Source: the human T2T-CHM13v2.0 reference genome, Homo sapiens
DNA length: 64,000 nucleotides
Assembly: GCF_009914755.1 (NCBI RefSeq)
Contig: NC_060925.1
Strand: one strand, 5' to 3'
The notes under the pieces are model-generated. The model was given only the letters and a program-made list of their open reading frames with translations, had not been told where the DNA came from and did no database searches. Positions 25,540 through 40,700 of this stretch are shown here, piece after piece. Positions within the stretch are counted from its first letter, which is position 1. Each line of letters opens with the position of its first letter. A program made the translations under genes and the position numbers.

Positions 25540-25840
25540 GCAGTGGCTCATGCCTGTAATCCCAGCACTTTGGGAGGCAGGCAGATCACCTGAGGTCAGG
25601 AGTTTGAGACAAGGCTGGCCAACATGGCAAAATCCCATCTCTACTAAAAATACAAAAAAAAAAAAAAAAAAATTAGCTGGGCGTAGTGGTGGGCACCTGC
25701 AATCCCAGCTACTTAGGAGACTGAGGCAGGAGAATTGCTTGAACCCAGGAGGTGGAGGTTGCTGTGAGCCAAGATCACACCACTGCATCCAGCCTGGGTT
25801 TGGGAGCAAGAGTCTATCTAAAAAAAAAAAGAAAAAAAAA
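25540..25840 (+). mobile_element. AluS-type SINE
   Basis: Dimeric Alu with an expanded middle A tract and an A tail. Confidence 0.93.
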
Positions 25841-26404
25841 GGAATAAAGTTTGCATGCTGTTCTTCTGTTAATCTGTTTTATGTCGGTTTCATTTTTGGG
25901 CCTAGCTAGAAACTCTAAGAGGATAGAAAATTTTTTCCTCTCCCACATATGCATAGGTTTGAATAGAATACTGCTCCTCAAGCTGATGAAACCCCAGCTC
26001 CTTTAGGGCTCTATGGGTGGATGTGTTCTTTATCATCCAATTATTAAGATTAAATTCCTGCAACTCAGATTGGGCCGGGCAGAACAAACGTGGCGATTGG
26101 CAAAGCACGTGGTTCCTAAGACAGCCTGGGAAAATTTCTTTCTCCCCCAGTCACATGCCCCAGAAACCTTCCCTACCTACTCATTGGCCTTTTATCAACA
26201 TCAAAGCCTTCCCATCAGGAAGTAAAGATGTTACCCCAACCCACACAGAAGTTAAGGAAAGAGCAATGAAAAATGGATACTACATGCTTTTTGTTAACCT
26301 AAAAGGAAAAAAAAAAGACTGAGGCAAAATTAATATAAGTAGAGAGTTTACTGGGGCCACATTTGAGGACTGAAACCCAGGACCATAGATTCAAGTTGCC
26401 CTGA

Positions 26405-27082
<678 letters not shown>

Positions 27083-27449
27083 TAAAGGAAAAAAGGAGGA
27101 AGTTTCTATGTTGTTTATCAAGATGTTCTTAAAATAACATAAGCTATTGATTGGCTATACATTGTTCTTTGTATCACGAATTTCAGAAACATGAAGATAA
27201 TGAGTGAGGCAACTAGTCAGGAACAAAATATCTTTAAAAAATTGCCCCCAGATATAGGTGCAGGGTGGAGGTGGGGGTGACTGATGTCCTAAACTCTTGT
27301 TTCTCTGGGCCTGATAAGTCTTCTATACCTCACATGACTCAGACTGCTCTGAGTTATTTTTTCTTCTCATTTCCTAAAAGCAAAATCTGATGGATAGCAC
27401 AAAGGTCTTGCAATCTAGAAAGAAAATTCAGCCATTCTTTCAATAATTA

Positions 27450-28146
27450 TGTAACCACGCAACAGATTCTCCTTACCTACTTCCCAGATACAGCCAGTTT
27501 ATCAAGACAGGGGAATTCCAATAGAGACAGAGTTTAATTCACGCAGAGCCAACTGAACAGGAGACTGAAGTTTTATTACTCAAATCCATGTTCTCAAAAA
27601 TTCAGAGGCTTGGGCTTTTCAAGGACAGGGGAGGCAGGGGAACAGGTTCTGCTGATTAATTGAGGATGCAATCCTAGGGGTGTGGAACACGGTTGCAGTA
27701 CACTGAGTCTGCTTCTGGGTGAGGGCCACAGGACCAGATAAGTCCAGAGTCGTGGGTCCAGGTGGGGCCATCCAGTCATCATAAATGCAAAAGCCTGAAA
27801 AGACAACTCAAAAGGCCAGTCTTAGGTTCTGCAATAGTGATGTTATCTGCAGGAGTAATTGAGGAAGCTGATTTCCAGAATAATGACTAGTCATCATTTA
27901 TACCTACATCTTAGCCGAATTCAGCCTCCTCTCATCCTCCTAACCTGATGGTCTTAGTTTTACAAAGGTGGTTTAGTTTGGGGAAGGGCTATTATTATTT
28001 AAACTATATACTAAATTTCTCCCAAAGTTAGCTTGGCCCAAGCCCAGGAATGACCAAGGTTAAGGGTAAGATGGGGGTTGATTAGATAAGATCTCTTTCT
28101 CTGTCATAATTTTCCCACTGTTATAGTTTTTGCAAAGGTTGTTCCA
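27450..28146 (-). mobile_element. LTR8-family solo LTR
   Basis: TG...CA termini with a 4-bp TSD atta (27446-27449 / 28147-28150). Homologous, in reverse orientation, to the LTR at 3036. Confidence 0.75.
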
Positions 28147-30669
28147 ATTAGGGATTTTCTATGTGTCTGGCACTGTGCTGGGGATAATACAATGAGCAAA
28201 CAAAGGCCAATCCCTGTTCTCTGGAGCTTGTGGGAAGAACACGGATCTTTGAGAGCTCAGAGTAAGGGAGTGGGCCCAGGAGAACTCACTGGCCAAAAGC
28301 AAGAGCATGTGCAGAGGTCCTGCAGTGGGAAGAAGTACAGGACATTGCCAGGAAATCTAAGACAATAGCAGGTGAAACATAGCAAAATAGAGGGAGATTT
28401 GAGGCAAAATGAGGCTGCAAGGCACTCTGGGCAGGGTCTAGTAGACTATGTTCAGGAATTTTAGCTTTATTCTGAGAGTTCTGGAAAATCACTGAAAGGT
28501 TTTAAGCAGAGTGTAAGATTTGGGAAGGACATACACAAATACTCATTTGAAACTATCTCTTTGGCTTGAGTGTGAGAAAAGATTGGAGAAGGGAGGAAAG
28601 GCCAGGTCAGTGACTCTGCCATCACCTAAGTAGTCAGTTAGCAAACGCTCCATCTAGCCTGCCCCACACGTGCCTGCAACAGGCAGAGCAAAGTAAGGCA
28701 AACTCAATCCCACTCTCAAGCAGCTCAATCTTTTCTTCTGCCCACATTTGCCCCCATCCAGTGCTACTTTAGAGACATTCCCTTTTCTCCTTTCTTCTTA
28801 TTTCCTCAGGGCTAAAGCCTGATAAATAGAGTCTGGCTTTCTAAGCAGAGATCTGCATTTAGGGAAAAGAAATAACACACAGCAACCCCACCCCTCAGTT
28901 TTACATTTTTTAACTTAAACAATTCTCTTTTTCCAGCAGAAAAGCCAGGATGTCACTGTTTATTCACAGCCAGGTCTCCACTCTGCACACTAAAAGTCAC
29001 CGTAGTGTTTGCAGTCCTCACTCAAGCAGTGAGTGTAAAAGGAATTCCATCTGTCTCTAAAGATCTTTTGATAGGAATGAAAGACCTGTGAGGCAGTGGT
29101 TTATTCACCACAGCATCTTGATAGCTCAAGCTAAAAAAAAATAAATGGCTAGCAGGCTGACATTACCAAAGCAGACACTACTTCTCTTTTAAAATTGGTT
29201 TTCCTGAGGCTAAATGCTAAACTTTATAGTTTTTGTAATTAAATATTATCCTGATAGAGTCAAATCAATTATAGCAGATAATAACTGCTTTGCTTTTGAT
29301 TCTCTGGATAATGAATTAGTTGTCCTTACCAAATCTGATAGCCCTTTGGCAAATTCTTTATTCAAATCACTCAACACGTTTGTCAAGAAAGAACGTGGTT
29401 AAGTCCCTGGAAGCCTGCCTCCAGATTGCCATGGTAGCGTCAGCTACTGCAGAGTCATCAAACATACATTTCTCCATATTTCCCTCAAGAGATTTTTGGA
29501 AAATGTCCTTTTGAAACACCAACATGAAAAGCTTTGACTGCTGGGCCCATCACATAATTGATGCTTAAGAACTACTTAATTGTTTGGTCAATAGATTCTC
29601 TTAGATCTGTTAATCAATTAATCTTAAAAACACAGGTAAAGCAGTAAGGCATGTCTCACATGACTTAGTCTCAACGAGACCCACTGGCTTCCATCACTCC
29701 CTGTTTCTTCCTCCAAGTAGTCGCAGTGGATCCTTTAATAACCTGTGAGTCTCCCTTGACATTCAAGCATACATGGGTGTATGTTTACACTCCATTTATT
29801 TACCCATCTCAAAGGGAGCCCCATTCCCTTCTGCCCCTCCTGCCCCTCCTGCCCCTCCTTTCTTGGCTCTGCAGCTCTCCAGTTCCTATGGGGGCACCAT
29901 AATCTTTCTCCCAGACTAGTGGTTTCAGTGATACTCTTCTGCAGACCAGGCTCTCTCTATTTTCCTACAAATACAGATTCCCTCTAGTCAGGCACCAGTC
30001 GCCTCTTCTTGGACCCAGCCAAGCCCATTACAAAGGAGAGACATGTCCCTCCTCAAATTTTGGTTAAATACCATGATAATGTGTTGAACATGCTCCCAGC
30101 ATTTCTTACTCATTGACTGATACTGTCCCTCTGCTTGGACCCTATCTTCTCTTCTTTTTTAACAAAACCCCATTTATTCTTCCTGCCTAGCTCAAACCCA
30201 ACCGTCTTTAGAAAGCCTTCAATAGTATTCTCACTCGATGAGATGTATTCTTCTTTAAAGCCTCACATCAGCATTGTAGGAAGGTTTTAGAGTCCGAGGC
30301 TCACCTAGATGGGCATCTAAATTCTCTGCCACAAATAACAAACCATTTGGCCACTCTGAGCCTTGGTTTCTTCAGCTACAAAATTGCATAGGAATTCTTT
30401 GAGGATTAAATCTCATTTTAAAGTGTTTTACACCTGGCTAGCACTCAAAACTAAAAGCAACTATCGGTATTATTTATTTTGATCTCTTGCTGTAATTAGG
30501 CTCACTTTTATTATAGTGTTTATAAATTCATTTTTGCTTCCTCCTGCACTTCCTCCCCTTCTCCACTGTGAGAAACTTGGGAGACAACCTAACTAATCTT
30601 TAGAAGCCCAACCTCAAAAAGGGGCTAGGATGGAGAGCATTTATTACTAGAAAAACTGACATTATCTAG

Positions 30670-30873
30670 AATTCTCTGTTGTACAATTCAGAAACCATGT
30701 GTGTGGTTATTTATATTTAAAATTAAAAATAAATTAACTTTAAAATTGTGTTCCTTGGCCACACTGGCTACATTTCAAGTGCTCAGTAGCCACATGTGGT
30801 TAATGACTAAGATTTTAGACAGCACAGACAGAACATTTTCATCATCGTGGAAAATTCTATTAAACCACACTGG
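30670..30873. mobile_element. MER3/MER33-like hAT-Charlie fossil
   Basis: ctacatttcaagtgctcagtagccacatgtgg..gacagcacagacagaacattttcatcatcgtggaaaattctat. Confidence 0.65.
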
Positions 30874-33800
30874 TCTAAATTCTAAATGCAATGACGTACT
30901 GTTCAGCAATAGCTCAGACTTCCAGCTGCCCAGAAAATCCCCATCTGATGCTAACACTGCAGGCAGATGGGGTCACACATAAAATAGTATATGGAAATAC
31001 CACTAATGCTTTACTCCTCATCCCTGAATGGGAACGCCTCTGAAAGATGCTGAAACCTGCCCCATTGCGCCACCTTGTGCCCAACCCTTGATATTGCACA
31101 TTCAATGTGCAAATAATTCTTACATATCCACCATCCCACAAAAAGCCGCAGAGAAGAGAATGTCCTGGGCTTACACAAAGCAACTTCCTAAATGCAATGG
31201 ACTTTCTGAGTTACTACCTCTCCATGGCAAGGGCTTATGAAACACACACAGATCTCTCCATGCTCTGAACTCCTGTCTCAATGAAAGTCATGAGGGTTGT
31301 TGGTGTTTACCCAGGCATTTTACACTTGACTCATCTATTACTGACCATAAGCATGTAGCAGTGGCACGTGAACTATCACCCCCAATCCTCACAAAAGTCA
31401 TGCAGTCCCCATCATTATTTTCACTGGATTAGGAAGGAGAGACTTTGAAGAAAGCCATTTGCTCAAGGTCATACAAATAGTAAGACAAGGAGTGGAAAAT
31501 CAAACCTAGATCTGACTCCCCAATTGCCCAGCTTTCTCTGTTCCCAGATCTAGCTGGAACTTCACTGGAGGAAAGGGATTTGATCTCCACCTTCTTCTGA
31601 ACCAAGAAAGGTGTAGCCCAGAACTGGGAAGTGAGCAAATTCCTAAGAGGGATGAGCTAGTGAGCGGGAAGGGAGTATTTGTCACAAATAGCAGCTTCCT
31701 TTGCCCGACACCCATTTGCTGTATGATAATGGGCTGCGATGGACAGATGGACCAAGAGTCCTGAGATTCAGAGAGAGTTTAAAGAGAAAGCCATAACATT
31801 TCAGCCAGTTTCATTATATTTCTGAGATATTATCACAGTGTTCCAGAGAATGTTTACAAAAGTTTCAGAGATATAGATACTTGTGGATTTTCAGAGAGAG
31901 AGAAAGATTGGGAGAGTTACACAGAGAACTTAAGAAAATTCAGAACAAGGTAGAGAATAAATAAAAAGTCAGATAGGGTCAGAGATTTTTCTCATACGTC
32001 GGCTCCTACTTGCCAGGAACGTCTCAGAGAATGTTCAACATCTTGCTGCAAAATGAAAAGCCCAGTGAATTCCTTGGCTATCTACAAATATTGTATATGG
32101 AAGTTAGCCTTACATGGAGAATGAGATGGGGGTAGAAGGGAGTGGAGAAAGGACAGGTACCTAGTGATCTGCCTCATGGCCCAGAAGGCAGGTGGGATGG
32201 GAGATGTTAAAGTGTGCTCTACTCCTCCCCACTGTGGTCATCTTTTGTACTGCATATTCTGAAAAAGCCTTTTTTTGTAGGCAAGCTATTTATTGATAAT
32301 AAAAAATGCGTCATCAGAGAAGACAATCTGGAAAAATACATAAAGGTGCAAAGAAGGAGTAACTCAAAATTACCTTCTTTGATATATTGAGAATAGCACT
32401 TTTTCTGCTAGTACATATGTGTGAATGTATATATGCAATATATGAATGGTTTTGATTTTACAAATATATGGTACGTACTCACATATTTACAAATGGAAAT
32501 CATACTATCTGTAATGCACAAACTATCACACTAAACATAAACCATTTTTTCTCTTTTTATTTACTTAATATTATAAGCACTTTTTCATGTTAAGCAGTCT
32601 TTGAAAACACTAACTGCCTGTGTAACATCCCATTCCATCAATGATTCTCAAACTCTAGCAGGTATCAAAATTACCTTGAGGGCTTTAGGAATTCTGAGCC
32701 TCACTCCAAGAGTTTCTGAATCAAGAAGTATCAGCTAGGACAAGAATCTGCATTTCTAACAATTTGCCCAATAATGCTGATCTTGCTGGTCTGGGAACTA
32801 CAAAGTTGTTCACTACGTTATACAAAAATTCCCTTATAGCTGAATATTTAAATTGTTTTTATTTTTAACATGAAGCCACCCCTAGCCCCACCTGGGGCCT
32901 CTCAGAGCTTTGTCAGGACCAAGTACCTGGACCTGGTGTTAAATCTGAGTAAAATCTTAATACATGATAATTTTCATAGAATAAATTTCTACAATGGAAA
33001 TAACTAACTACAAACTTATGAACGTTTTGGAGACTTAATATGTATGTTCAAGCTGACACAAATAACTGATACCAAAGTGTGTTAAAGGAAAAGACATGGG
33101 CCTGGAGGTCGGAAACCTGTGTTTAAATCTTGCCCTGCCACTTGCTTGCTGTCTGACCTCGGACAAGTGACTGGAACTCCCTGAGCCTCGGTGCTATAAT
33201 TACCACATCAAATATAAACAGGAATGGCCTTCTTTTAAGGTCTTGAACTCAGCCCAAATTCTCCAGCCCTATCTTCTGTCTCAGATAGAATACTGGAGTT
33301 GGAAGGAACCTAAGACTGTATCTTGCACACCATGAAGGGTCAGTTTCCCATCCTCTGAGCCTAGGGAGCCATCTATACTTACAACATTCACATCATTTAT
33401 AACAGTACATTATAAGCAGTTGTTTAAGGGTCAGCCACCTTCCAAGTCAGAGCACGAGGTCATTGAAAGAGATTAGGCCTGGTTCATTTCTGAGTCCCAA
33501 GTGGCTATTGCATACATGGCAGATAGTCGCGAAATGTTTGTTGACGGAATTGTGAGGAAGGAGCTCAACCTCCACCATTCCCAAGAAGCCCTGGCATGAG
33601 ATGATGAAGAGAAAAGAGCATAGCCCTGTAGCTGGGAGCCTTGGGGGTACATCTCAGTCTTCCCATAAATTCACTGAGACCCTGAGAAACTGCCTGACTC
33701 CCCCTCAGTTTCTAAGGAATCCCTTATCCCTAATTACCACACAGGGCTAGTAGGTGAAGATAAGAACGTGGTGTGTCGTTTAGACTATAAAGGGTGGTAT

Positions 33801-35519
33801 GGCTGGGACTCCTAGGATCCTCCAGCACCATTATCTGTTCCTGATTTTTACAATTTCAGATTCTTGACAGGGCACAAGATCACCCAAAATAATGACAGTG
33901 TTTCCCACCCTGCTTCCCGGCTGGATAAGACCACATGACTAAGTTCTGAGCAACAGAATAATAGTGGAAAGGTTATGTGCAATTTCTAGGAAGTATGCTC
34001 TGGAATACTGAGGCAATGGCTGGAGTTTGAGCAGCCATGTTAACAATGAGATGGAATATGGTAGAGAAGAAAGATAAAAGGGGCTGTGCACCTTTAAAAA
34101 TTGTGAATTATCCTACCAGTCCTGTTCTATCTATCTCCAGACTTACATGAAAAAAAAAAATCTTTCCTGCTTAAGCTACTCTTAACTTGGGCATGTATTA
34201 TAGCCAGATTAATCGCAGCTGATACATATGGTGCTGCTAATGACAATATTTACATTGAATTACACTTTATACTTTATAATAGCTTTCAGGGGAAAGGAAG
34301 AAATTAATGTAATATTCACTCATTCATTTATGTGATGAAACAATGACCATCACTGTGTGTCAGGCCCTGGGCCACGTGCCAGGAACAGAAATGAAGCTGG
34401 TAAAACCCCTGCCTCCCACGAGCCCACCACTAGCAAGGGAAACAGATGAGCAGTCATGACACAATTGAGCGGTGTGGTAATGAGGGAAGCATGGGCAACT
34501 GTGGGGTGCCATAGGACCCAGGATCTAGGAAAAGGCATGACGTCCGGGATGGATGGGAATGGTGGCAGGAGCTGTGGCTCCAGATCCCAGGCTCTGCCTC
34601 CGATTGCTAATCCCAGGCTCCTCTGAATCTCCTTGGCTCAATTCCTATGGAGGCATTAGGGAACCTGTGGCCTGTATTTTCCCTCCCAGTGAGGACCAGA
34701 TGCTGGTTGAAGAGCTCCCCAGAGTCTTGTTGGGATAACTGCAGTCTCTGCTTTCTGTAGAGGATGTGACAAGGTGAGCTTCAGACTGAGGCAGAAGCCA
34801 CCCCAACTTAAGGCCTCTTGGGGCTCTGGGATTTGTCAGCACCGAGTAGCTGGACCTGGTGTTCCAGGGTGAACACCAGTGTGGAGCCAGGAGAAGCCGT
34901 TCACCTGTGAATGATAACAGGGCCAGCACCAACTCCTACTGACTGAGCATTTCTGTGTCAGACCAAGGGGTCTGTGCTTTACACACTCACTTCATACCTC
35001 AAGATGACTGTGTGAGGTAAGCCTTGCTGTCCCCATTTCACCTACAGAAAAGCTGAGGCTGGGGAGGGAAAATGAGTTGGCCAGCCTCACACACCTGTGA
35101 CTGCCCTGCCCGGGCCAGGCTCAGATTCACACGCCTGACTTTTAAAGCCTGGGACTTGAGCCGTCATGGATAATTTAGTCTATCACACTTGAGAGTTCCA
35201 AGGTCATTAGAAACTACTGCAGACATCACTTCACAGATGAGGAAGCAGGGACTCACAGTGACATACAGTCTTATCCGGGGTCATCAATGTGCACTCATGA
35301 CTACTCCATAGTGCTTTCCCAGACAAGCTACCAATAGTGTTTGTGTGTGGGGGGAGGGGGGTGGTGTGTGCATGCGCGGGTGTGCACCTGCTGGACACAC
35401 CCATGCATGAACTGTAACTCAACACCAAGACCTACTTTCTAAGGTCCAAACGATGGCCATGTCTCTAGTATTAGCCGCCCTTTCCTCCTGTCTTTGTGTG
35501 TGGATGCATTGTTTTATTT

Positions 35520-35810
35520 TTATTTTTTCAGCTTTATTGAGGCATAATGAACAAATAAAAATTATATCTGCTTAAGGTATATGGTGTGATGACTTGATAT
35601 AGGTATACAGTGTGAGATGATTACCACAATCAAGTTAATTAATACATCTATCACTTCACATAGTTACCATTGTGTGTGTGTGGTGAGAACACTTATGATC
35701 CACTCTCTTAGCAATTTTTATATAAACAATTCAGTATTATTAACCACAGTCACCATGCTGTACATTAGAGCCCCAGGACTTACTCGTCTTACAACTGCAA
35801 GTCTGTACTC
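35520..35810 (-). mobile_element. L1MA-type 3' end
   Basis: cagctttattgaggcata..ccacaatcaagttaattaatacatctatcac..cagtcaccatgctgtacattaga. Confidence 0.75.
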
Positions 35811-36937
35811 TCCTCCTGTCTTTAGAAACCTGTTTGCCCAGGTACATAGCAGCTGGGCTGCCAGCAGCAACAACAGCTCCCAGCCCTGAGCTGGGGTCTT
35901 CCTTCCACATCTGACCCTGGGGGCCTGGAGCACTCTGAGCCCAAAGCAAGACCTCTCTGTTCCAGAACCAAATCTGGTAGCAAAGCCAAGTGCTGTCCCT
36001 CAGAGGCCCGGGCCCCGTAGACTGGAGTGAGACTTCTGGGCCTTTCCAACTGCCTCACCTGGGAGTGGAGCTAGGCCACATCCATAACCTTCACAGCCCT
36101 CCTGGCGCTGTCAGAGCAGCTGTCAGAGGCCAGCAGGAGCTGCTCCATGCCTGGGGAGCTGCTGCCCAGGAGACTGGGCCAGAGAACTAGGGCCCCAGGA
36201 GGTTTTATCCAGGCCAGGCTGCAGAGGGCTGCACAGGTAAGAGTTGTCCGGGGCTGGCAGCAGTGAGGTTTCAGTGGCTAGAGTGTACCATTCTCCTTCA
36301 TTTGCCTTCCTTTCTTTTCTCCACCCTTGGGTTCCTGTCACCATCCTCCTCAGACCTACTCACCTACATAACAATCCTTTCCTCTTGGAATTGAGCATTT
36401 AGCCTGTCCACATAGGGTCTCCTTCCACACCCCCGCCACCAGCACTTTGCCATCTGACAGGGAAGCACCCTGAGGCCTTGGCCCTGTTGGTTGAGGGGGG
36501 CATACTGTGAAGACAGAGAGCACCTCTCATGGTCTGCAAGGACCCCGTGAGCTTCTTCTCCCCCTGTACCCAGTGCAGAGAGCAGAGGCACTGTTTCCAC
36601 AATGCCAGGGGCATCACTGGTACTGTATTCTTGGGTAATGGTGCTCCCTGGAGTTGTGCAGTGGGACAGCCTGACACAGGGCCTGGCACAGAATGTGCTC
36701 CGTGAGTGGCTGAGATTAATCAATGGAATTGCATTTGTGCATGAACTGAGCTGAGCATAGGCATGTGGGAAAAAAATAGCATCACTAAGCCTTATGAAAT
36801 GAGGGCTAGAGGGGGGCAGGAAAGGAGGGATAAGTGAGGGACAGCTGGCAGAGGAGGGCCTGGCATGGCCTCTGGAACTGGGGCCCAGACCCAGTGGAAA
36901 CCCCTATCCCCAGTCCAGACATCTTTGTGCCCTCTCA

Positions 36938-37561
36938 TGAAGTGGCATTGTTGTCTGGGGTAAATACCCAAGATTCGTTGTGTCATGGCCACGGAAATCT
37001 AGGACGCGGACCCCCCAGAGTTAGGTTAAGAGTGGAAGTTAAATAGGCTAAAGAAAGAGAAGAGCTCTCTGTGCATGGGGGTCGTGGAGAAAATGGGTTG
37101 CCGCCTCCGTGGTGAAATGCAGATTTTGTAGATGGGCTTGAGGAGACAGTGTCTGATTTACATAGGGCACAAAAGATTGGTCGGATGAGGTGCGTCATTT
37201 GCATAGTGTGGAAGAGGCTGACCGCCCCACCCTAATCTTTTCTTATGCAGGTGGGTTCTCCCTGGCCGGAGCCATGTTACCTTGTTCTTTAATGTACATG
37301 TCGTGACAAAGAAAAGGGAAGGTGGAGCCTCCATGTTGAACATACCTGGCTTCCAGGTAGCCCTTTTCCATTGGCACAGCTGCCAGCATTCACCCGTGCA
37401 AGTTTCCAGCTTGCTTATCTATGTTTGCAGCTCGATTTTTCAGACTGCTCTTTGTTAGAAAAGAGATGATTTGGGGGCTGCTTTTTGTTAAAAGGGAAAT
37501 CCGCGAGGACCCTGGTGCCCTTTCTATCTGCCTAAATAATTTCTTTCTAGCTCCTGTATCA
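36938..37561 (-). mobile_element. MER51-like solo LTR (ERV1)
   Basis: On - it begins tgatacaggagctagaaagaaattatttaggcagatag and ends ..ccagacaacaatgccacttca. 4-bp TSD ctca at 36934-36937 / 37562-37565. Confidence 0.8.
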
Positions 37562-37721
37562 CTCAGAGCTCCCATGCGGAGGGGCAAAACAGAGCCACTG
37601 TCCACCCACCACCAGGAGGGATGCCCCTTCCATGCCCTCTGCCCTGGAGGGAAGGGATGGTGGTGCAGCACAGCTTTCAGAGTCAGACAACCCAAACAAG
37701 CAGTGGAAATCAGCCAATAAA

Positions 37722-40700
37722 TTTCACTCGCATCTGTGTGAAGAGACTACCAAACAGGCTTTGTGTGAGCAATAAAGCTGTTTATTTCACCTGGGTGCAG
37801 GTGGGCTGAGTCCGAAAAGAGAGTCAGCTAAGGGAGATAAGGATGGGGCCGTTTTATAGGATTTGGGTAGATAAAGGAAAATTACAGTCAAAGGGGGGTT
37901 GTTCTCTTGCGGGCAGAGTGGGGGTCACAAGGTGCTCAGTAGGGGAGCTTTTGAGCCAGGATGAGCCAGGAGAAGGAATTTCACAAGACAGTGTCATCAG
38001 TTAAGGCAGGAACAGGCCATTTTCACTTCTTTTGTGGTGGAATATCATCAGTTAAGGCAGGAACAGGCCATCTGGATGTGTACGTGCAGGTCACAGGGGA
38101 TATGAAGGCTTAGCTTGGGCTCAGAGGCCTGACATTCCTGTCTTCTTATATTAATAAGAAAAATAAAATGAAATAGTGGTGAAGTGTTGGGACAGTGAAA
38201 ATTTTTGGGGGTGGTATGGAGAGATAATGGGCGATGTTTCTCAGGGCTGCTTTGAGCGGGATTGGGGCGGCGTGGGAACTTAACAGTGGGAGAGATTAAG
38301 CTGAAGGAAGATTTTGTGGTAAGGGGTGATACTGTGGGGTTGTTAGAAGAAACATTTGTCATGTAGAATTATTGGTGATGGCCTGGATACAGTTTTGTAT
38401 GAATTGAAAAACTAAATGGAATAACAGAAGGAGAAAAACAGGTATAAAAGGTCTAAGAATTGGGAGGACCTAGGACATCTGATCAGAGAGTGCCTAAGGA
38501 GATTCAGCAGAGTCCTGCCAGCAAAGATTATTTATTTACTTCAAGAGTTAAGAGTGGCACTTTGGGGATAGCACCAGGAGGTATCAGCTGTGATGGCTTG
38601 GAGAAACAGTATAAACCAGCAGTGTAAACAAGAGCAGGGCATGTATGAGTAGTTGAGAACGGTGAATAGGAGTATGACTAGACAGAAGATAGTAGGGATG
38701 ACAAGTTTTTTGGGGGCACAGTCTAAGTTGGTCTGGTGTCTGGAATGAGACTGGGGCCTAATAAAAAGGAGCGTCTATACAGGAGCTTAAATGGGCCGTA
38801 CCTTGTAGCATTCTGAGGACAGGTCTGACTTCTGAGAAGGGAAAGTGGTAAAAGTATTGTCCAGTACTTTTTAAGTTGGTGGCTGAGCTTGGTGAGGTGT
38901 GGTTTTAAAATACCATTAGTCTGTTCTACTTTTCCTGAAGACTGAGGACTGTAAGGGATATAAAGGTTTCAGTGAATACTAAGAGCCTGAAAAAATGCTT
39001 GGCTGATTTGACTAATAAAGGCTGGTCTGTTATCAGACTGTATAGAGGTGGGAAGGCTAAACTGAGGAATTATGTCTGACAGAAGGGAAGAATGACTGTG
39101 GTGGCCTTCTCAGACCCTGTAGGAAAGGCCTGTACCTATCCAGTGAAAGTGTCTACCTAGACTAAGAGGTATTTTAGTTTTCTGACTTGGAGCATGTTGA
39201 GTAAAGCCAATTTGCCAGTCCTTGGTGGGGGCAAATCCTTGAGCTTGATGTGTAGGGAAGGGAGGGGGCCTGAATAATCCCTGCGGAGTAGTAGAATAGC
39301 AGATGGAACACTGAGAAGTTATTTCCTTGATAGGATAGATTTCCACGATGGAAAGGAAATGAGAGGTTCTGAGAAGCAGGCTAGTGGCTTGTACTATAGC
39401 ATAGCCTGCCTTTGCTGGTGTGTGGCGATTAGGCCTGGTGGAACTGCCATCAATAAATCAAGCGTGATCAGGGTGAGGAACAGGAAAGAAGGAAATATGG
39501 GGAAATGGGGTGAATGTCAGGTGGATCAGAGAGATACAGTCATGGAGGTCAGGTGTGGTATCAGGAATAATGTGGGAGGCCGGATTGAAGTCTGGGCCAG
39601 GAAAAATGGTAATTGTGGGACTTAACAAAGAGTGAGTACAGCTGAAGGAGCCAGGGAGCAGAAAGTACATGCGTCAGGTATGAGGAAGAAAATAGATTTT
39701 GGAAGTTACGAGAAATGTAAAGAGTGAGTTGAGCATAGTTTGTGATATTGAGGGCCTCTAAAAGTATTAGGGCGGCAGCAGCCACTGCATGGAGACATGA
39801 GGGCTAGGCTAAAACAGTAAGGTCAAGTTGTTTGGACAGAAAGGCGACAGGGTGCGGTCCTGGCTCTTGTGTAAGAATTCTGACTGCATTAACCATGCCT
39901 AGGAAGGAAAGGAGTTGTTGTTTTGTAAGGAATTGAGGTTTGGGAGATTAATCAGACATGATCAGCAGGGAGAGCCCTTGTGTTTTAATGATAATTATGC
40001 CGAGATAGGTAACAGATGAGGATGAAATTTGGGCTTGACTGAAGTAATGGGGGCTGTCTGTGAAGCCTTGCGGCAGTACAGCCCAGGTAATTTGCTGAGC
40101 CTAATAGGTGTCAGGGTCAGTCTAAGTGAAAGCAAAGAGAGGCTGGGATGAAGGGTGCAAAGGAATAGTAAAGAAAGCATGTTTGAGATCCAGAACAGAA
40201 TAATGGGTTGTAGAGGGAGGTATTGAGGATAAGAGAGTATATGGGTTTGGCACCATGGGGTGGATAGGCAAAACAATTTGGTTGATAATGCGCAGATTCT
40301 GAACTAACCTGTAAGCCTTGTCTGGTTTTAGGACAGGTAAAATGGGGGAATGGTAAGAAGAGTTTATAGGCTTTAAAAGGCCATGCTGTAACAGGCGAGT
40401 GATAACAGGTTTTAATCCTTTCAAAGCATGCTGTGGGATGGGATATTGGCATTGAGCGGGGTAAGAGTGATTAGGTTTTAATGGGATGGTAAGGGGTGCA
40501 TGATCGGTCGCTAAGGAGGGAGTAGAGGTGTCTTATACTTGTGGGTTAAGGTGGGGAGATACAAGGGGAGGATGTGAAGGAGGCTTTGAACTGAGGGGAA
40601 AGGCGGCAATGAGGTGTGGCTGTAGCCCAGGAATAGTCAGGGAAGCAGATAATTTAAAGTGTCTCGGCCTAATAAGGGAACTGGGCAGGTGGGGATAACT

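Larger units (their letters stand above)
24410..25946 (+). mobile_element. MER34-group ERV1 LTR with a nested MER39-like LTR (about 24772-25451), itself hit by the BC200 copy; an Alu inserted further 3'
   Basis: ccaaaatatgccgctttgacat..gagaaacagcagatgcaggaag; nested start tgttggggctcagaaacagataccccaaa; 3' end ..cctctcccaca. Family names from memory. Confidence 0.55.
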
